Assembly: GCA_964016885.1 (NCBI GenBank)
Contig: OZ024757.1
Coordinates: 5,084,001-5,148,000, forward strand
From: Eledone cirrhosa
Lineage: Eukaryota
DNA length: 64,000 nt
Direction of reading: 5' to 3'
A program made the position numbers and the translations under genes. Below the pieces are notes generated by a model, which searched no databases, was not told the origin of the DNA, and worked only from the letters and a program-made list of their open reading frames with translations. Shown one piece after another: positions 26,025-40,300 of the stretch (positions are counted from its first letter, which is position 1; every line of letters begins with the position of its first letter).

Positions 26025-28074
26025 TTATTATAGATTACTAAATGAGGAGAATGCATGGGAAGAAGAGACCCTACCTCAAGTAGACTCTATAGAGGGGCCA
26101 ACAGTACAAGTCAGCAGCAGCGTAGTAAGTAAGGCAATCAAAAATATGAAGATGGGGAAGGCAACCGGTCCATCGGGTATAGCTGCCGAGATGCTGAAGG
26201 CATCTGGGTCTGTAGGTCACACTATAACCACACGTATTGTTAACCAGGTAATACTAGAAGGTGTCATACCAAAAGATTGGTGCAGTAGCATCATTGTCAA
26301 CTGCTACAAAGGTAAAGGTGATGCACTAGATCTAGGAAACTATAGAGGTATAAAGCTGATGGACCAGGTCATGAAAGTAACAGAAAGAGTTATATCATAG
26401 TTGATTAGGGACCGGGTGAAACTAGATGAGATGCAATTTGGGTTTGTACTAGGAAGAGACACCACTGATGCCCTTTTCCTTGTCAGGCAGTTACAGGAAA
26501 AGTACCTAGCTAAAAATAAGCCACTCTACCTGGCATTCGTCGATTTCGAGAAAGCTTTTGACAGAGTTCCACGTGCTGTAATCTGGTGGGCTCTTAGAAA
26601 ACTAGGAGTAGATGAATGGCTTGTGAAAGCCTTACAAGCCATGTATAGGGGAGCAGTCAGCAAAGTTATGATTAAAAATGAGTATAGCGAGGAATTTAGC
26701 GTACAGGTTGGTTTCCACCAGGGCTCTGTTCTTAGCCCTCTCCTGTTCATCATAGTCCTGCAGGCAATAACGGAGGAGTTTAAGACTGGATGCCCATGGG
26801 AACTCCTGTATGCTGATGACCTCGCACTTATAGCTGAATCTATGGTAGAACTAGAGAAGAAATTCCAAACTTGGAAGCAGGGACTAGAAAGAAAGGGTCA
26901 CAAAGTCAACATGACAAAGACTAAGGTCCTTGTAAGTAGACGAGAAAACAGGACCCAGATCCCCTCAGGGAAATGGCCTTGCTCAGTATGTAGGAAAGGT
27001 GTAGGTAGGAACTCCATTCTCTGCCCCAAATGCAAACAATGGGTACACAAGAGATGTAGCGGGATCTCAGGAAGCTTAATTAAGAATGTAGGCTTCACAT
27101 ACAGTAACTGTGCTGGGACAGCAAGCAGCAAACAGCCACAGGAAACAAGTACCACCAATCTCTGGGAGGGCCCTGTAGAAACAGTAGACAGCTTCTGCTA
27201 CCTAGGTGACCGAATTAGCAGCGGAGGTGGGTGTTCAGAAAGTACAATAACTAGGGTAAGAACGGGATGGAAGAAGTTCAGGGAACTACTGCCACTGCTA
27301 GCTGCAAAAGGCTTCTCCCTCAAAATGAAAGGCAGACTGTATGATGCGTGTATCCGAACAGCGATGTTGCATGGTAGTGAGACCTGGGTGCTGAAGGCAG
27401 AAGACTTACATAGATTAGAAAGTAACGAAGCCTGCATGCTCTGATGGATGTGTAATAGTAATATACACGAACGATAAAGCATAAATGAATTGAGAGAGAG
27501 ACTGAGCATAAGAGGAATCAAATGCTGTGTGCAGGAGAGGCGGTTGCGTTGGTATGGACATGTGATGCGTATGAAGGATGACAGCTGCATAAAAAGGTGC
27601 AGAGCACTAGAAGTCAATGGAAACTGCGGGGTGGGGAGACCCAAGAAGACCTGGGATGAGGTGATAAAAGCCGACCTTACCCAATTACACCTCTCAAAGG
27701 TGATGACACACGACCGTGACCTCTGGCGTCACGCAGTAATACAGAGTACCCGATCTCCCATGGGTACATGCTGAAGCATATAGACAATATGCCCCCACAC
27801 CCTCCCACTGCAAGGTGGTCGTGGAGGTGTCACAGCAAAAAAGCACCCAGCCCACACTGTAAAGTGGACGTGTAGGCGCCACGGAAAAAGCACCCAGCAC
27901 TCACTGTAAATGAGATTGGTGTTAGGAAGGGCATCCAGCTGTAGAAATGAAGCCAAAATCAGTTCCTGTATGAGCAAGGCATGGTCAGCCGACCAGACAC
28001 TGCCCACAACAGGACAACCCATCTAACCCAAGCTAGCATGGAAGAACGGACGTAAAACGGTGATGATGATGATG
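26025..28074 (+). mobile_element. 5'-truncated RTE (BovB-like) LINE with in-frame stops and AGTGAA TSD
   Basis: NYRGIKL, FVDFEKAFD, HQGSVLSP, LLYADD, a PHD-like insert (CSVC..C..C..WVHKRC) and a (TGA)n tail. AGTGAA lies at 26019-26024 and 28075-28080, and the paralogous empty site is near 32267. Confidence 0.93.
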
Positions 28075-28239
28075 AGTGAAGTCATACAGCATATCGCAAT
28101 ATCATGTTTTCAATTCTCAGCTTTGGAGGTACATTGTGTCCTGAAGCAAGACACATCATTCCACATGTCTCTAATCCCCACAGCTGGAAAATACAAGTAT
28201 CAGCTTTAGTTGGAGGTTTAGCATGAGTTGGATCATTCC

Positions 28240-28490
28240 CTGCCTCCAACCTTTTCACTTCGGCCTCAAACCCAGGCTTTACTACCTGCAATAGAGAGAA
28301 GAGGAAGATAGTTAAATACCGGGGCCTGAAAAACCACTTCCTCTTTGTCCCCACACTGCTGATTTCCTTCTCAAAATTAGAAAGACAGCAGCCCCCTTGA
28401 GGAAGGAGTCCCATGAGGTGGGGTGTATGTTGTAGTGGGTGTCTCTGGCTATTCTCTGTGGTAACACCTTTGTCATTTTGTCTGTAGTGT
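28240..28490 (+). mobile_element. CRE-type RLE C-terminal remnant (duplicated at 32430-32670)
   Basis: KRKIVKYRGL..FLFVP and WVSLAILCGNTF, similar to 12650-12950. Confidence 0.65.
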
Positions 28491-28770
28491 GGGGCTGAAT
28501 CACAGCTCAGACTGAAATATGAAGTCTGTCCCTCTCCCATTATTTTCATTGCGTGATTTGTTTTTTTTTTCCATTACTTAAATATTTTATTACCTTTAAT
28601 GTGTTTTGTTTTAATATGAACAGTTATGTAAAATAATGTTATTTATGCAAATCGGAATAAAGACGACCAATCTTGCCTCAAGTGGGACAATTCCTGTCTA
28701 AACCCATGCTAGCGTGGAAGATAGATATTAAACGATGATGATGATGATATATATATATTCAAGAGAGTAG

Positions 28771-31700
28771 GTGGAGGGGTGTGTGGGTATAAACAATGCT
28801 ATAAACTTTTCTGGGTGGAGAATGACAATGGGCTGGCTTGTTTTAGCAGAGAAATGGGTAGATAAGGTAATTACCGTAAATAGAGTGATTGACAGAATAA
28901 TTAAAATAAGTCCAGGCCTAAATAGAACAACTATGACAATAATATCCGCTTATGCACCCCAATCTGGTCTACCTGACGTAATAAAAGACAGGTTCTATGA
29001 TTTGCTAATGCTCACTTCCTCCCAAATAACAAACAGCGACTACATAATTATTGCTGGTGACCTAAATGGTCACATTGGACAACATAGAGATGGCTATGAT
29101 GGAATCCATGGAGGCTATGGGTTTGGTACTAGAATTGAGGAAGGCTCCAGAATCCTGGAATTCTGTGACGCTAATAACCTAACTATCTGTAACACAAACT
29201 TCAAAAAACGAGACAATGACTTGATCACCTGTAGATCAGGGGAACATGCCAGCCAGATATATTATAACCTTACTAGAAGGTGTGACAGTGTCTGTTGTAA
29301 ACACTAAGTCCCTCCCCTGTGAAGAATGCACCTCCCAACGTGACCTCACAGTCAGGACTAGACGTACTCGATGACAGAGGAGGACTACCTTGAGGAGAAG
29401 GATATGGAAGTTGAAGGACCTCATAGCCAGTAACAAAATTAAAAGCATATTAGTTAATGCTTTTGACAGTAAAGAGGTGCAATTAGAGACATACAATATA
29501 GAGGAACAGTGGGTATTCTTGAAAGTTAACCTACCGAAGGCGACAGATGAAATCTGTTGCTGGAGCAGACCTATAGGCAGGAGGAGAGTAACTTGGTGGT
29601 GGAACAGTAAGGTGGAGGAGTCAATCAGGGCCAAAAGCAGGCTTGGAAAGTATGGGGGAAGTAGAGAACACTATCAAGTGGCCAGAAGGGAAGCTAGGAG
29701 ACAAGTGTACCTTGCAAGGAGGGAAGCAGAGGATAGAAAGTTCAAGCATATTCTACAACGTGAGGACCAAAAACGTGAGGTGTTCAGGATCGCTAAACAA
29801 AGTGTCAAGGAAATCCATGATTTTGTCAGGGAGAAGTGTGTCCGTAATGATGATGATGGTGTACTTGCCCTCACTGATACTGATAAGAAGGTAGCTTGGA
29901 AGTTTCACTACAAGAGACTACTAAATGAGGAGAATAAATGGGAAAAAGATAGTCTACCCCAAATTGATCCAATAGAGGGACCAGCGGTGCAAGTTAATGG
30001 TAGTATAGTAAGTAAGGCAATCAAAGATATGAAGATGGGCAAGGCAGCTGGGCCTTCAGAGATAGTTGTTGAGATGTTGAAAGCATCTGGAATGGTGGGA
30101 CATGCTATGGTCACCCAGATAGTAAACCAAGTAATACACAATGGGGTCATACCAGATGACTGGCGTAGAAGCATCATCATTAAATGCTACAAGGGTAAAG
30201 GGGATGCTCTAGATAGGGGAAACTATAGAATCATTAAGTTAGTTGACCAGGTCATGAAGGTCACAGAAAAAGTTATTACACAACTAATCAGAGACCAAAT
30301 TGATCTAGATGAAATGTAGTTTGGGTTCGTGGCAGGTAAAAGTACCACAGATGCTTTTTTTCCTTGTACAGCAACTACAATAGAAGTAGCTAAAAGTAAA
30401 CCCCTACTTAGCTTTTGTTGACTTGGAGAAAGCCTTTGACAGAATCCCCCACTCCAGTATCTGGTGGGCCCTTAGAAAAGTAGGAGGAGATGAATGGCTT
30501 GTGAGAGCTATACAAGCCATGTATAAAGAAACAGTCAGCAATGTTAGAATTAACAATGAATATAGTGTAATAGTAGGTGTTCAGCAAGGCCCCATCCTTA
30601 GCTTCCTCCTGTTTATTATTGCCATTCAGGCTATAACCGAAGGGTTTAAGACCAGCAGCCCATGGGAACTTCTATATGCAGATGATCTAACTCTCATAGC
30701 TGAATCTATGGCTGAACTAGAGAAGAAATTCCAAAAATGGAGGCATGAATGAAAAGGCCTTAAAGTTAACTTGTCTAAGACTAAAGGTCTAGTATGTAGA
30801 AAAGAAAATAGGGCACTGGTGCCATGCTCAGTGTGTAGGAAAGGAGTAGGTAGAAATTCCGTTCTATGTCCCAAATGCAAACTATGGGTACATAAAAGAT
30901 GTAGTGAGATCACAGGTAAGCTATCTAAGAATGTAGATTTTATATGTGGCCGATGCTCATGTGAAATAAGCAGCAAGTACCCACAGGATACTAGCACCTT
31001 CTACTGCCCAGATAGTTCTATAGAAATAGTGGACGCTTTCCGTTGCCTGGGTGACAAAATCAGCGGTGGTGGAGGGTGCTCTGAAAGTGTAGTAGTCTGA
31101 GTTAGAACAGGATGGAAAAAGTTCAGAGAGCTAATACCGCTGCTAGACACAAAAAGTTTCTCTCTAAAAATGAAAGGCAGATTGTATGATGCGTGCATAT
31201 GAACAACAATGTTACATGGCAGTGAGACATGGGCATTGTGTGCAGAGGACCTGCACAGATTGGAAAGGAACAAAGCATGCATGCTACATTGGACGTGTAA
31301 TTGTAATATACATAAATGGCAAAACATAAACGAACTAAGTGATAATTAGGAATAAGAGGGATCAGATGCTGTTTACTTGAGAGAAGACTACGTTGGTATG
31401 GTCATGTGATGCGCATGAAAGATAACAGCTTTATAAAAAATGTGCAGGGTGATCAAAATTGATTGAAGTTATGGAGTAGGTAGATCCAGAAAAACCTGCG
31501 ACGACATAAAATCCAACTTTGCACACTTACACCTCTCTTAGACAATGTCACTGGATCGAGATCTTTGGCCCCACACAGTAACAGAGAAGACCTGCCTTCC
31601 CTACGTGCAAAGTTAACCTACAGTCAGTAGGCCACTCATAACCAAATATACACCCAACCCACAACCCCTACTCTATCCTCCTCCTCACACCAACACCACC

Positions 31701-31962
31701 CTGTCTCTGTAAAGTTATGTTGGTACTACAACATCCAGTCCAAACTAAAGAGGTCATGTAGGTGTCATGATGAAAAGACTCCCAGTTCACACTGGAAATG
31801 TGGTTGGTGTTAGGAAGGGCATCCAGCTGTAGAAAACCTGCCAGATACAGTCCTATACGAGCGAGACATGGTCACCCTATCAATCTTGCTTGAAGTAGGA
31901 CAATTCCCGTCTAACCCATGCTAGCGTTGAAGATAGACGTTAAATGATAACGATGATGATGA
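28771..31962 (+). mobile_element. Decayed RTE LINE (APE endonuclease + RT)
   Basis: IISAYAPQ, AGDLNGHIG, WWWN, NYR.IKL and LLYADD motifs, many stops/frameshifts, and a (TGA)n tail. Confidence 0.92.
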
Positions 31963-31984
31963 TATATAGTGTATATAATAGTTG

Positions 31985-32955
31985 TAATGTCACTGGTGCT
32001 GATCTATTATCAGCCTTTCCCTTGGACAACATGACATATAGTCTATATATATTGGACAATATTATATATAGTGTATATGTGGTGTATATAGTAGTTGTGA
32101 CAATATTCTATATACATATGTACACACACACTGACAAACATGTATATACATATAGAAGGGTCGGATGAGAAGTTCATAGACTGACCAAGTTACTCTCATG
32201 GAATGAGACAATGTATACACACAAATATATACTATATATATGTATACAAACACATATATATTGTATAGTGAAGTCATACATCATATGGTAATATCATGTT
32301 TTCAATTGTCAGTTAGGGAGGTACATTGTGTCCTTAAGCAAGACACATCATTCCACATGTCCCTAATCTCCACAGCTGAAAAAGACAAGTATCAGCTTTA
32401 TTTGGAGGTTTAGCATGGGTTGGATCATTCTCTGCCTCCAACATTTTCCCTGCAGCCACAAACCCAGGCTTTACTACCTGTAATAGAGAGAAGAGGGAGA
32501 TAGTTAAATACTGGGGCCTGACAAACCACTTCCTCTTTGTCCCCACACTGCTGATTTCCTTCTCAAAAATTAGAAAGACAGCAGCCCCCTTGAGGAAGTA
32601 GTCCCATGAGGTGGGGTGTATGTTGTAGTGGGCGACTCTGGCTATTCTCTGTGGTAACACCTTTGTCATCGTCGGACGCCAAGCTTTGTAGCATAGAGTT
32701 ACCTCCCTTTATGATCTGAGTTCCAGGGTTAACTTTGCCTTTCATCCTTACGAGGTCGATAAAATAAAGTACCAGTAATACACTGGGATAATTGCTGGCC
32801 TTGTGCCAAAAGTAGAAACAATTATTTTCGTTGCTTGATTCGTTTTTTCTTTTTTTTCCATTACTTAAATATTTTATTACCTTTAATAATGTGTTTTGGT
32901 TTAATATGAACAGTTATATAACATTAATAACGTTATTTATTCAAATCTGAATAAA
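31985..32955 (+). repeat. Local duplication paralogous to 25745-26024 + 28081-28660
   Basis: Colinear similarity on both sides of the RTE insertion. Confidence 0.85.
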
Positions 32956-33353
32956 GTACTAGCATATATATTGAACGTATGAATCTAAACTATAATAAAA
33001 GGAGGAGCGCGGGACTGCTTACGGTTTATAATTGTTTAACCCATTAGTAAAATAAGTTGGATAACTTTGAATAAATAATGAATGAATATTACATAATTTA
33101 TCTACTAAATTTCGTGGTTGTTGATTAAATATATTTTGTTTGTTTAAAAATTCACTTCTTTAAAATTTCTGAAATGTCTACACTTCCGGTTGGCCATCAC
33201 TTCAATAAACTATTAATTTTCTGTCACTAATTTTCTCCTAATGCAGTTTATATATAATATCGTCTTTTTTAATGTATCATGGATTACGTTACTGATTACA
33301 TAAGACAGAGTAACACAGTCTTCGTTCAATGTCTGTGTATTATATATTGTCAA

Positions 33354-33541
33354 GGCGGTGGATTGGCAGTATTGGTAGAGGGTCGGACGCCATGCTTTGA
33401 CGCATAGAGTTACGGCCCTTGCCATTCTGAGTTCAAATCCCGCCGAGGTTAACTTATCCTTTCATCCTTACGGGGTCGATAAAATAACGTACCAGTAATA
33501 CACTGGGTATTTTGCTGGCCTTGTGCCTAACGTAGAAACAA
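33354..33541 (+). mobile_element. tRNA-derived SINE (second family) with a ~14-bp TSD
   Basis: A-box tggcagtattgg and B-box gagttcaaatcc. TSD is ttata(t/c)attgtcaa at 33340-33353 and 33542-33555. The SINE is absent from the paralog near 35685. Confidence 0.85.
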
Positions 33542-34618
33542 TTATACATTGTCAATTATGATTTTATTTGATGTATCATATCTACATGTATATATATACT
33601 TGCGTATAATATCAATATACACACTACACATGCTAGCAGAAAACCACCCAAAGGTAGCATGTGTAGTGTGTATATTGATATTACACGCAGGTATATATAT
33701 ACATGTATCATATATACCTGCGTATAATATCGATATACACACTACACATGCTACCTTCGGGTGGTTTTCTGCTAGTTCATATAACGGAAGTTGTTTCTGA
33801 ATGTATTAAATTATGTGGGGGACATTTAAGCCATGACACCGGTGTCAACTGGACGGTGAAATATTACCATTTATATCTGCTCCATTGTTACAACTTAAAC
33901 CTCATCTAATTTCATCTTTTATGGTGATTATTTCATATTAAGGTGGACGTTAATGTTTGTAAATAACATAAGGTGACTTATTTACCTTATAGTTGTTGTT
34001 TTAGCACCTGTATTATTAAATATTGAAGGGGTTGTTCAACATTTTACAGGACAGGAAAATATTATTTTAATCAGAAATCATTGAACATTTAGTTTTTACT
34101 AACTTTTCTTGACTTTATATTTGGTCTTGACAACTAAAGTACGTATTATTTCGTTTTCCACCACAACACAAACATTGTGAACTTTTCTATCTGAAGTGAA
34201 ATATATTGATTTATTACAACACCTACACACATATTTCCACACACACATCTATTTCTCTCTCTCATACCTGCACACTGTATGTCTCTATATATATATATAT
34301 GTATATATATTAACCTTCATCTTTTGAAATTATGGATATTAATTCTCTTGTCACCTGAACTGTCCTCAATAACAAGAACCTTAACTATAGAAGTCTTATT
34401 CGACTGTTTTATGAGCTGAGGATTTTATTGATCTTCTCACCTTAACAAAAATAAAAGATACACACACACACACACACACACACAGACATATATATATTAG
34501 CACTTGCTTTTTCTTCTTCCAAGATCAGTCTTACGCTTTCATACATCTTATTACTTTACCAACTGAATGCTACATTTCTTAATATATGAGTGGAAATGGT
34601 GAGATTCCTTTATGAAAT

Positions 34619-35146
34619 ATGTCTGAATATAGCTGTGAGATTTGCAGGAAAACTTTCTCTTCAAAACTGAAACTATCCTCACACGAGAAAATACACAGAG
34701 AAAAACCCTTTCACTGTGAAATATGTCGGAAATCTTTTACTAATAATTCTGCTCTTGTCATCCACATACGGAGTCACACTGGTGAAAATCCCTTCCACTG
34801 TGAAATATGTGGGAAATCTTTTACTAATAATTCTGCTCTTGTCGTCCACATACGGAGTCACACTGGTGAAAAACCCTTCCACTGTGAAATATGTGGGAAA
34901 TCCTTTTATCGTAGTTCTTATCTTTTACAACACAAAAGAACACACACTGGTGAAAGACCCTTCCATTGTGAAATATGTGGTAAATCTTTTTCTCAGAGTT
35001 CTCAACTTGTACGTCACAAAAGAACACACAGTGGTGAAAGACCTTATTCATGTAAAATATGAGGTAAATCTTTCACTGAGAATTCATCACTGGTTGTTCA
35101 CCTACGTAGTCAACACTTGCGGTAAACCCCATCACTGTGAAATATG
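34619..35146 (+). pseudogene. C2H2 zinc-finger array: 5 intact fingers (ORF 34619..35062), then a finger broken by TGA and a frameshift
   Basis: CEICGKSF..L..H.R.HTGEKP repeats. Homology continues past the stop as CKI*GKSFTENSSLVVHLRS. It could be a truncated live gene. Confidence 0.8.
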
Positions 35147-35317
35147 ATAGACACAAATATATAGACACACTTTGGAAGGCAGAATATAAAATATAAAACA
35201 TAGATCAGATGTCTCAGGATGTCCAGCTGGAGATTAGTGATCTCAGGAATGCCATGGCAGATCGTGACATCTAAAAAAGAAGAGTAGAATTGTTCTGGCC
35301 AATCCACCTGACCTAAT

Positions 35318-35780
35318 AAATCTAAACTATAATTAAGTAAGGAGCATGGGACTGCGTTCAGTTTATAATTTTTTATCCCATTAGTAAAATAAGTTGCATT
35401 ACTTTGAATAAATAATGAATGAATATTACATAAGTTATCTACTAAATTTCGTGGATGTTGATTAAATATATTTTGTTTATTTAAAGATTCCCTTTAAAAT
35501 TTCTGAAATGTCAACACTTCCGGTTAGCCATCGCTTAAATAAACATTCATATATTTCCGTCACTAATTTTCTCCTAATGCAGTTTATATATAATATCGTC
35601 TTTTTTAATGTATCATGGATTTTGTTACTGATTACATAAGACAGTGTAACACAGTCTTTGTTCAATTTCTATGTATTATATATTGTCAATTACAATTTTA
35701 TTTGATGTATCATAGCTACATGTATATATATATACCTGTGTAAAATATAAATATACACACTACACATGCTAGCAGAAAAT
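35318..35780 (+). repeat. Direct duplicate of 32983-33645 (minus the SINE), flanking the ZNF
   Basis: Colinear match from aatctaaactataa through cacttccggt to catgctagcagaaaa. Confidence 0.85.
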
Positions 35781-35947
35781 AATAATAATATTAATATATT
35801 TTGATGAACATTTATTATGTTGAAATATGTTGGAAATTATTCTCTGAGAGTTTGTATTGTAATTAACAAATACACCCTGTAGAAAGTACCCCTTCATATT
35901 ATTTGTCATTAAGGGCTCTTACAGAGACATAATCTCATTTCATTGTT

Positions 35948-36315
35948 GAGGGTGGTGGATTTGCAGAATCAGTAGAGTGTCAGATGATATGCATTGTGTC
36001 ATAAAGTTACAGCCCTTTATGTTATGGGTTTAAATCATGCCATGGTCAACTTTGACTTTCATCCATTCAAGGTTGATAAAAAACAGTAACAGTAATGCAC
36101 TGGTCCTGATTTAATTGGCATTCCCCTTTCTCTTCATATTGCTGGCCTTGAGTCAAAAGCAGAAACATTTATTTAAAGTCTATAAAACAATAAATAGAAT
36201 GTTTTCTGCCATATTTATCCTGGTTCTCTGCTCTGAGTTTAAATCCTGCTGAGGTCAACTTTCTGTCCTCCATTCAAGGTTGATAAAAAACAATACCAGT
36301 CTACCACTGGGGTCT
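35948..36315 (+). mobile_element. Two decayed SINE copies of the 33354 family
   Basis: ggtcaacttt..catccattcaaggttgataaaaaa..accagt motif occurs twice. Confidence 0.65.
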
Positions 36316-37336
36316 GTTCTTCCTCTCTATATTTCTATCTCACTTCCTTCCTCTTATTCTCTCTCCTTCTCTGGAAGAAATCAACTGTTCAAACTTGGAG
36401 AGAGAAGGGCTCCACCAAGCTTCAAATGTCCAGTGACACCCCTATGACTACATCATTTAAAAAAAAAAAAACGTTCATGTGTTTATTTAGTAAACCTTAA
36501 CTGGTTTATATTTATATTTATGACAAAATATCCACATGTGTAAATAAAAATAATTGCATAATTTTAATATTTGTTGGATGGTACTTTCATGACAGTTGAC
36601 ATTTTGACTTTTTAAAAAAATAATTCACATTTGAAAATACTTTACAACTTTCTTCTCTTTTTCTTCAGCCATTTATTTCTGAGAGGGTTGTAGGGGGTAG
36701 AGTCCTCACACCCCTTGTAGGTCCTATGTGTGTAAAATTTCCTCTTTACATTACACACACAACAACACATCAACCTGCACACACACACACCACATCAAAA
36801 GACCAAAACACACCACCACAACACACCACATACCACACCACAACACATACAAACCAGGTAGTTATACCAACCCAGTATCCTGATTTTAGTGTTTTTTTGT
36901 AATAAATCTCAACATCTCAGTTCTTACCAAGTGGAGTGGAACTCATCAGATTGGACCAAGGAAACAATGTTTCCATTGGTCTTTCCAATTGATGATAGTG
37001 TATATATTTATTTGCGTTGTGTTGCCAAACAATGTCAAAAGCCATTGACCTGCATCTTTGGTCAAGAAGGCCACTGGAGCGTCACTCAGAGAAGCTGATA
37101 CAGCAGCCAGCTTGACAGCCGTTATAGGTAGCACCAACAATTATCACTACCATTAACAAGAGGAAGGCAACGACAGAAACAGTGAAAATAACAACGACCC
37201 CGCATCTTCGGTTAAAGAAGGCGTTCGAGCCCCAGCAGCCAGCCTGGCAGCCCGAATAGGTTGCAGTTTCAACTACCACCTACATCAACAAGAGGAAGGC
37301 AGCTACAGCAGGGGTGACATTAACAACAACAACATA

Positions 37337-40300
37337 TAATAATAATAATAATAATAATAATGAAATTATTGTGTACAGTGCTCAAGTGCACTACAACTCA
37401 TCAAAGGTGCATGTATAGTACATAGAATAATGTACAAATGTCAGGAAAATGAACAGTGTACGAGTCATGATATAATAACAATAACAATAATGAAATATTG
37501 TGTACAGTGCCCAGGTGCACCACAACTCATCAAAAAAGTGCATGTACAGTACATAGGGCAATGCACAAACATCAGTAAAATGAACAGTGCACGAGTCATG
37601 ATACACACATGTGTGCATGTGTATGGAAGGGGTACATCAGGTGTAGTTTTGGCGTATTTCGCGAAGCATGAGTGTCTTAAAGGATGCAGTGTCTCGGCAG
37701 CTAACAATTGACGCAGGCAGTTTGTTCCATGCTTCAGCAACTCTGAGCGTGAAAAAATGTCTACGAAAGTCATGGGAGCTGTGCTGTTTTCTGATCTTGT
37801 AGGCATGTCCACGTGTGTTAGACACATGGAGATCAAAGAGGCGCTCAGGGTTGCAATTGGCCATATGGTTAATAACTTTGTGGGTATTTACCAAGTCCAT
37901 TGCCAGACGTCGGAGCTTCAATGAATCCATGCCCAGGGAAGCAAGGCATTCAGAGTATGGTAGGTGTCTGATGGAGGGTATGCGCTTGGTTGCACGTCTC
38001 TGAACAGTTTCCAGGAGGTCAATGTTCTGAGCAAGATAGGGGTTCCAGACTGAAGATGCGAATTCCAAGTGTGGTCGTACCATAGCTGTATACAGTTTTA
38101 AATAGATGGCTGGAGAGCGGCTAACAAAGGTCTTGCTGAGTGATGCCAATACACCCTCGGCCTTCTTGACAATCTTAGAGACATGCTTTGTCCAACGCAA
38201 ATCGTTGCTGACAGTAATGCCCAGGTCACGTTCACAAGAGGACTTTTTGATGTCAGTGTTGTGGAGGGAGTATGTGGACGCTGCATTTTTCCTTCCAAAA
38301 TGCATGGTGGTACACTTGTCCACAGCCAGCTTCAGTTGCCAGTCTGTGATCCATTGCTGCATTGTGTCCAGGTCTGATTGTAGGAAAGAGTTGTAAATTT
38401 CAGGATCAGTCCTTTTGATTTCAAGGTATAGCTTGATGTCATCTGCATATTTTAGTACCGTGGCATTCTGTAAGTTGGCATCTATGTCGTTAATATATGC
38501 CACAAACAAAAGAGGACCAAGGACAGATCCCTGTGGTACACCAGATGACATCTCATATGGTGAAGAATGCTGTCCTAGAACCGTGACTACTTCTTTTCGG
38601 CTGAGAATGAAGGATTTCAACCAGTCGAAAAGATCATCCCTCACACCCATTGCAGAGAGTTTTGCCATAAGTCTTTTGTGTGGCACAGAATTAAAAGCCT
38701 TAGCAAAGTCAAGGTAAACAACATCCACCCATGAGCCGCTGTCAGTGATCCGGGTGATGTCCTCAAGGAACTCGATAAGCTGATCACAGCAGCTGGAGTT
38801 AGGGATAAATCCAAACTGTGAGAGCTCCAGAAGTTCCAAAGTGTTTCTCTGACACAGGATTCCATCAGTTTGGCCATACAGCTAGTAAGACTGACTGGAC
38901 GATAGTTGACAGGTGACATGCGGTTGCCCTTTTTGAACAGGGAAATGACACTGGCAGTTTTCCACTGCTCCGGAGTAGCACCATTGTTGAGACAGTATTG
39001 AAAGAAGAAAGAAAGCTGGCGCAAAAGGAAATACCCGCCATGTTTGAGAAGCAGGTATGTCACACCATCAAGACCAGGGGAGGCATAGTTGCGCTTATTC
39101 TTAAGGTGACGTCGCAACATTGCAGGTGTAAATTCCATTGTTGTTATGGAATTTGATGTTAGAGATGGTACATTCTGGTTTTCAACAGTAAAAATATTTA
39201 CTGCGCATTATTTGGGATCGTCAGTGATCTGGCTTGTGTGGGGATTGCAAAGAGGACCAACTGGAGAGTGAGGTCTCTGCTTTGAATGAACATATTTCCA
39301 GAACACCTTATTGTCAGGATTGGTTGCTATGCACTGTTCAAATTCAAGCACTGCCTTCTTTGTCACTTGCTTGAGATGGTTAGAAGATTTATTCCGCTTT
39401 TTTCTGTTGTCATCTGATCTATGCAGTTTATATTCCCGTTCAGCGTTCCGACGTTCTTTCCTGGCAAGTCGGACCGCTGAAGTTTCCCAAATTGCACTTT
39501 TGGGGTGGTTATTTTTCCGCTTACGTGGCACCGATGCTACACACGCTATCCATATTGAGTCCAGGATGCTCTGGAGTATAGTGTTCACATCTCCAGAGTT
39601 ATACATCTCATGCCAGTTTGGGCGCTGTAGCTCAGTGCAGTACAAGTTCCAATCCGCCCTCTTCCAATCAAAGCAAGCAGATTGGAGATGGCTCTGGATT
39701 TTGTTGCTGCCCTCAAGTACCAGATTGGCAATGATCGTAGCATGATCAGAGTCGCCTAGAGGTTCCTCAGTAGTACAACTGATAACCACTTCAGGAGTAG
39801 TGGTAAAGATCAGGTCCAAAGTGTTGTTACCTCTTGTTGGAGAGGTGACTACTTGTGACCAGTTTGAGTCCAGCACTAGTTCAAGGAAATCGTTTGCACC
39901 TTGTGGCCAACGAAAGGTTTCCCAATCGATCTCAGGATGATTGAAGTCACCTGCAATAAACACATAAGTGGCTGTTTTCTTGGCAGCGACTCTTAGGATA
40001 TCGCAAACCTGTGTGTCCTGATGGTAGTTTGAGGGGCGATAAACAACACCAAGCAGAAGTGTTGACATGGTCATAGGTATGTCACAGAAAAAAACTTCTT
40101 CCTGTGATTCGTTCAAATCAACGCAAGGAATTATCGAAAAGTTTGAACGAACGTAGACCATCACACCACCACCACGGCGATTAATGCGGTCCTTGCGGAA
40201 AGGGTTGTACCCAGTAATGCTGAAAACCCCATCACAGAGTAAGGAATGTGCCCATGTTTCTGTGACTGTGATGAAGTCAGGGTCGATGCTTCTGACGTAG

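Noticed and set aside
35060-35146. TGA at the second-Cys position of two successive fingers (selenocysteine or editing rescue?)
   Set aside because: A frameshift lies between them, A-to-I editing would give Trp rather than Cys, and no SECIS was recognised. Decay is the simpler explanation.
36930-37336. Possible LINE ORF1-like remnant on the plus strand
   Set aside because: Only vague Cys and Q/T-rich similarity, which is not supportable
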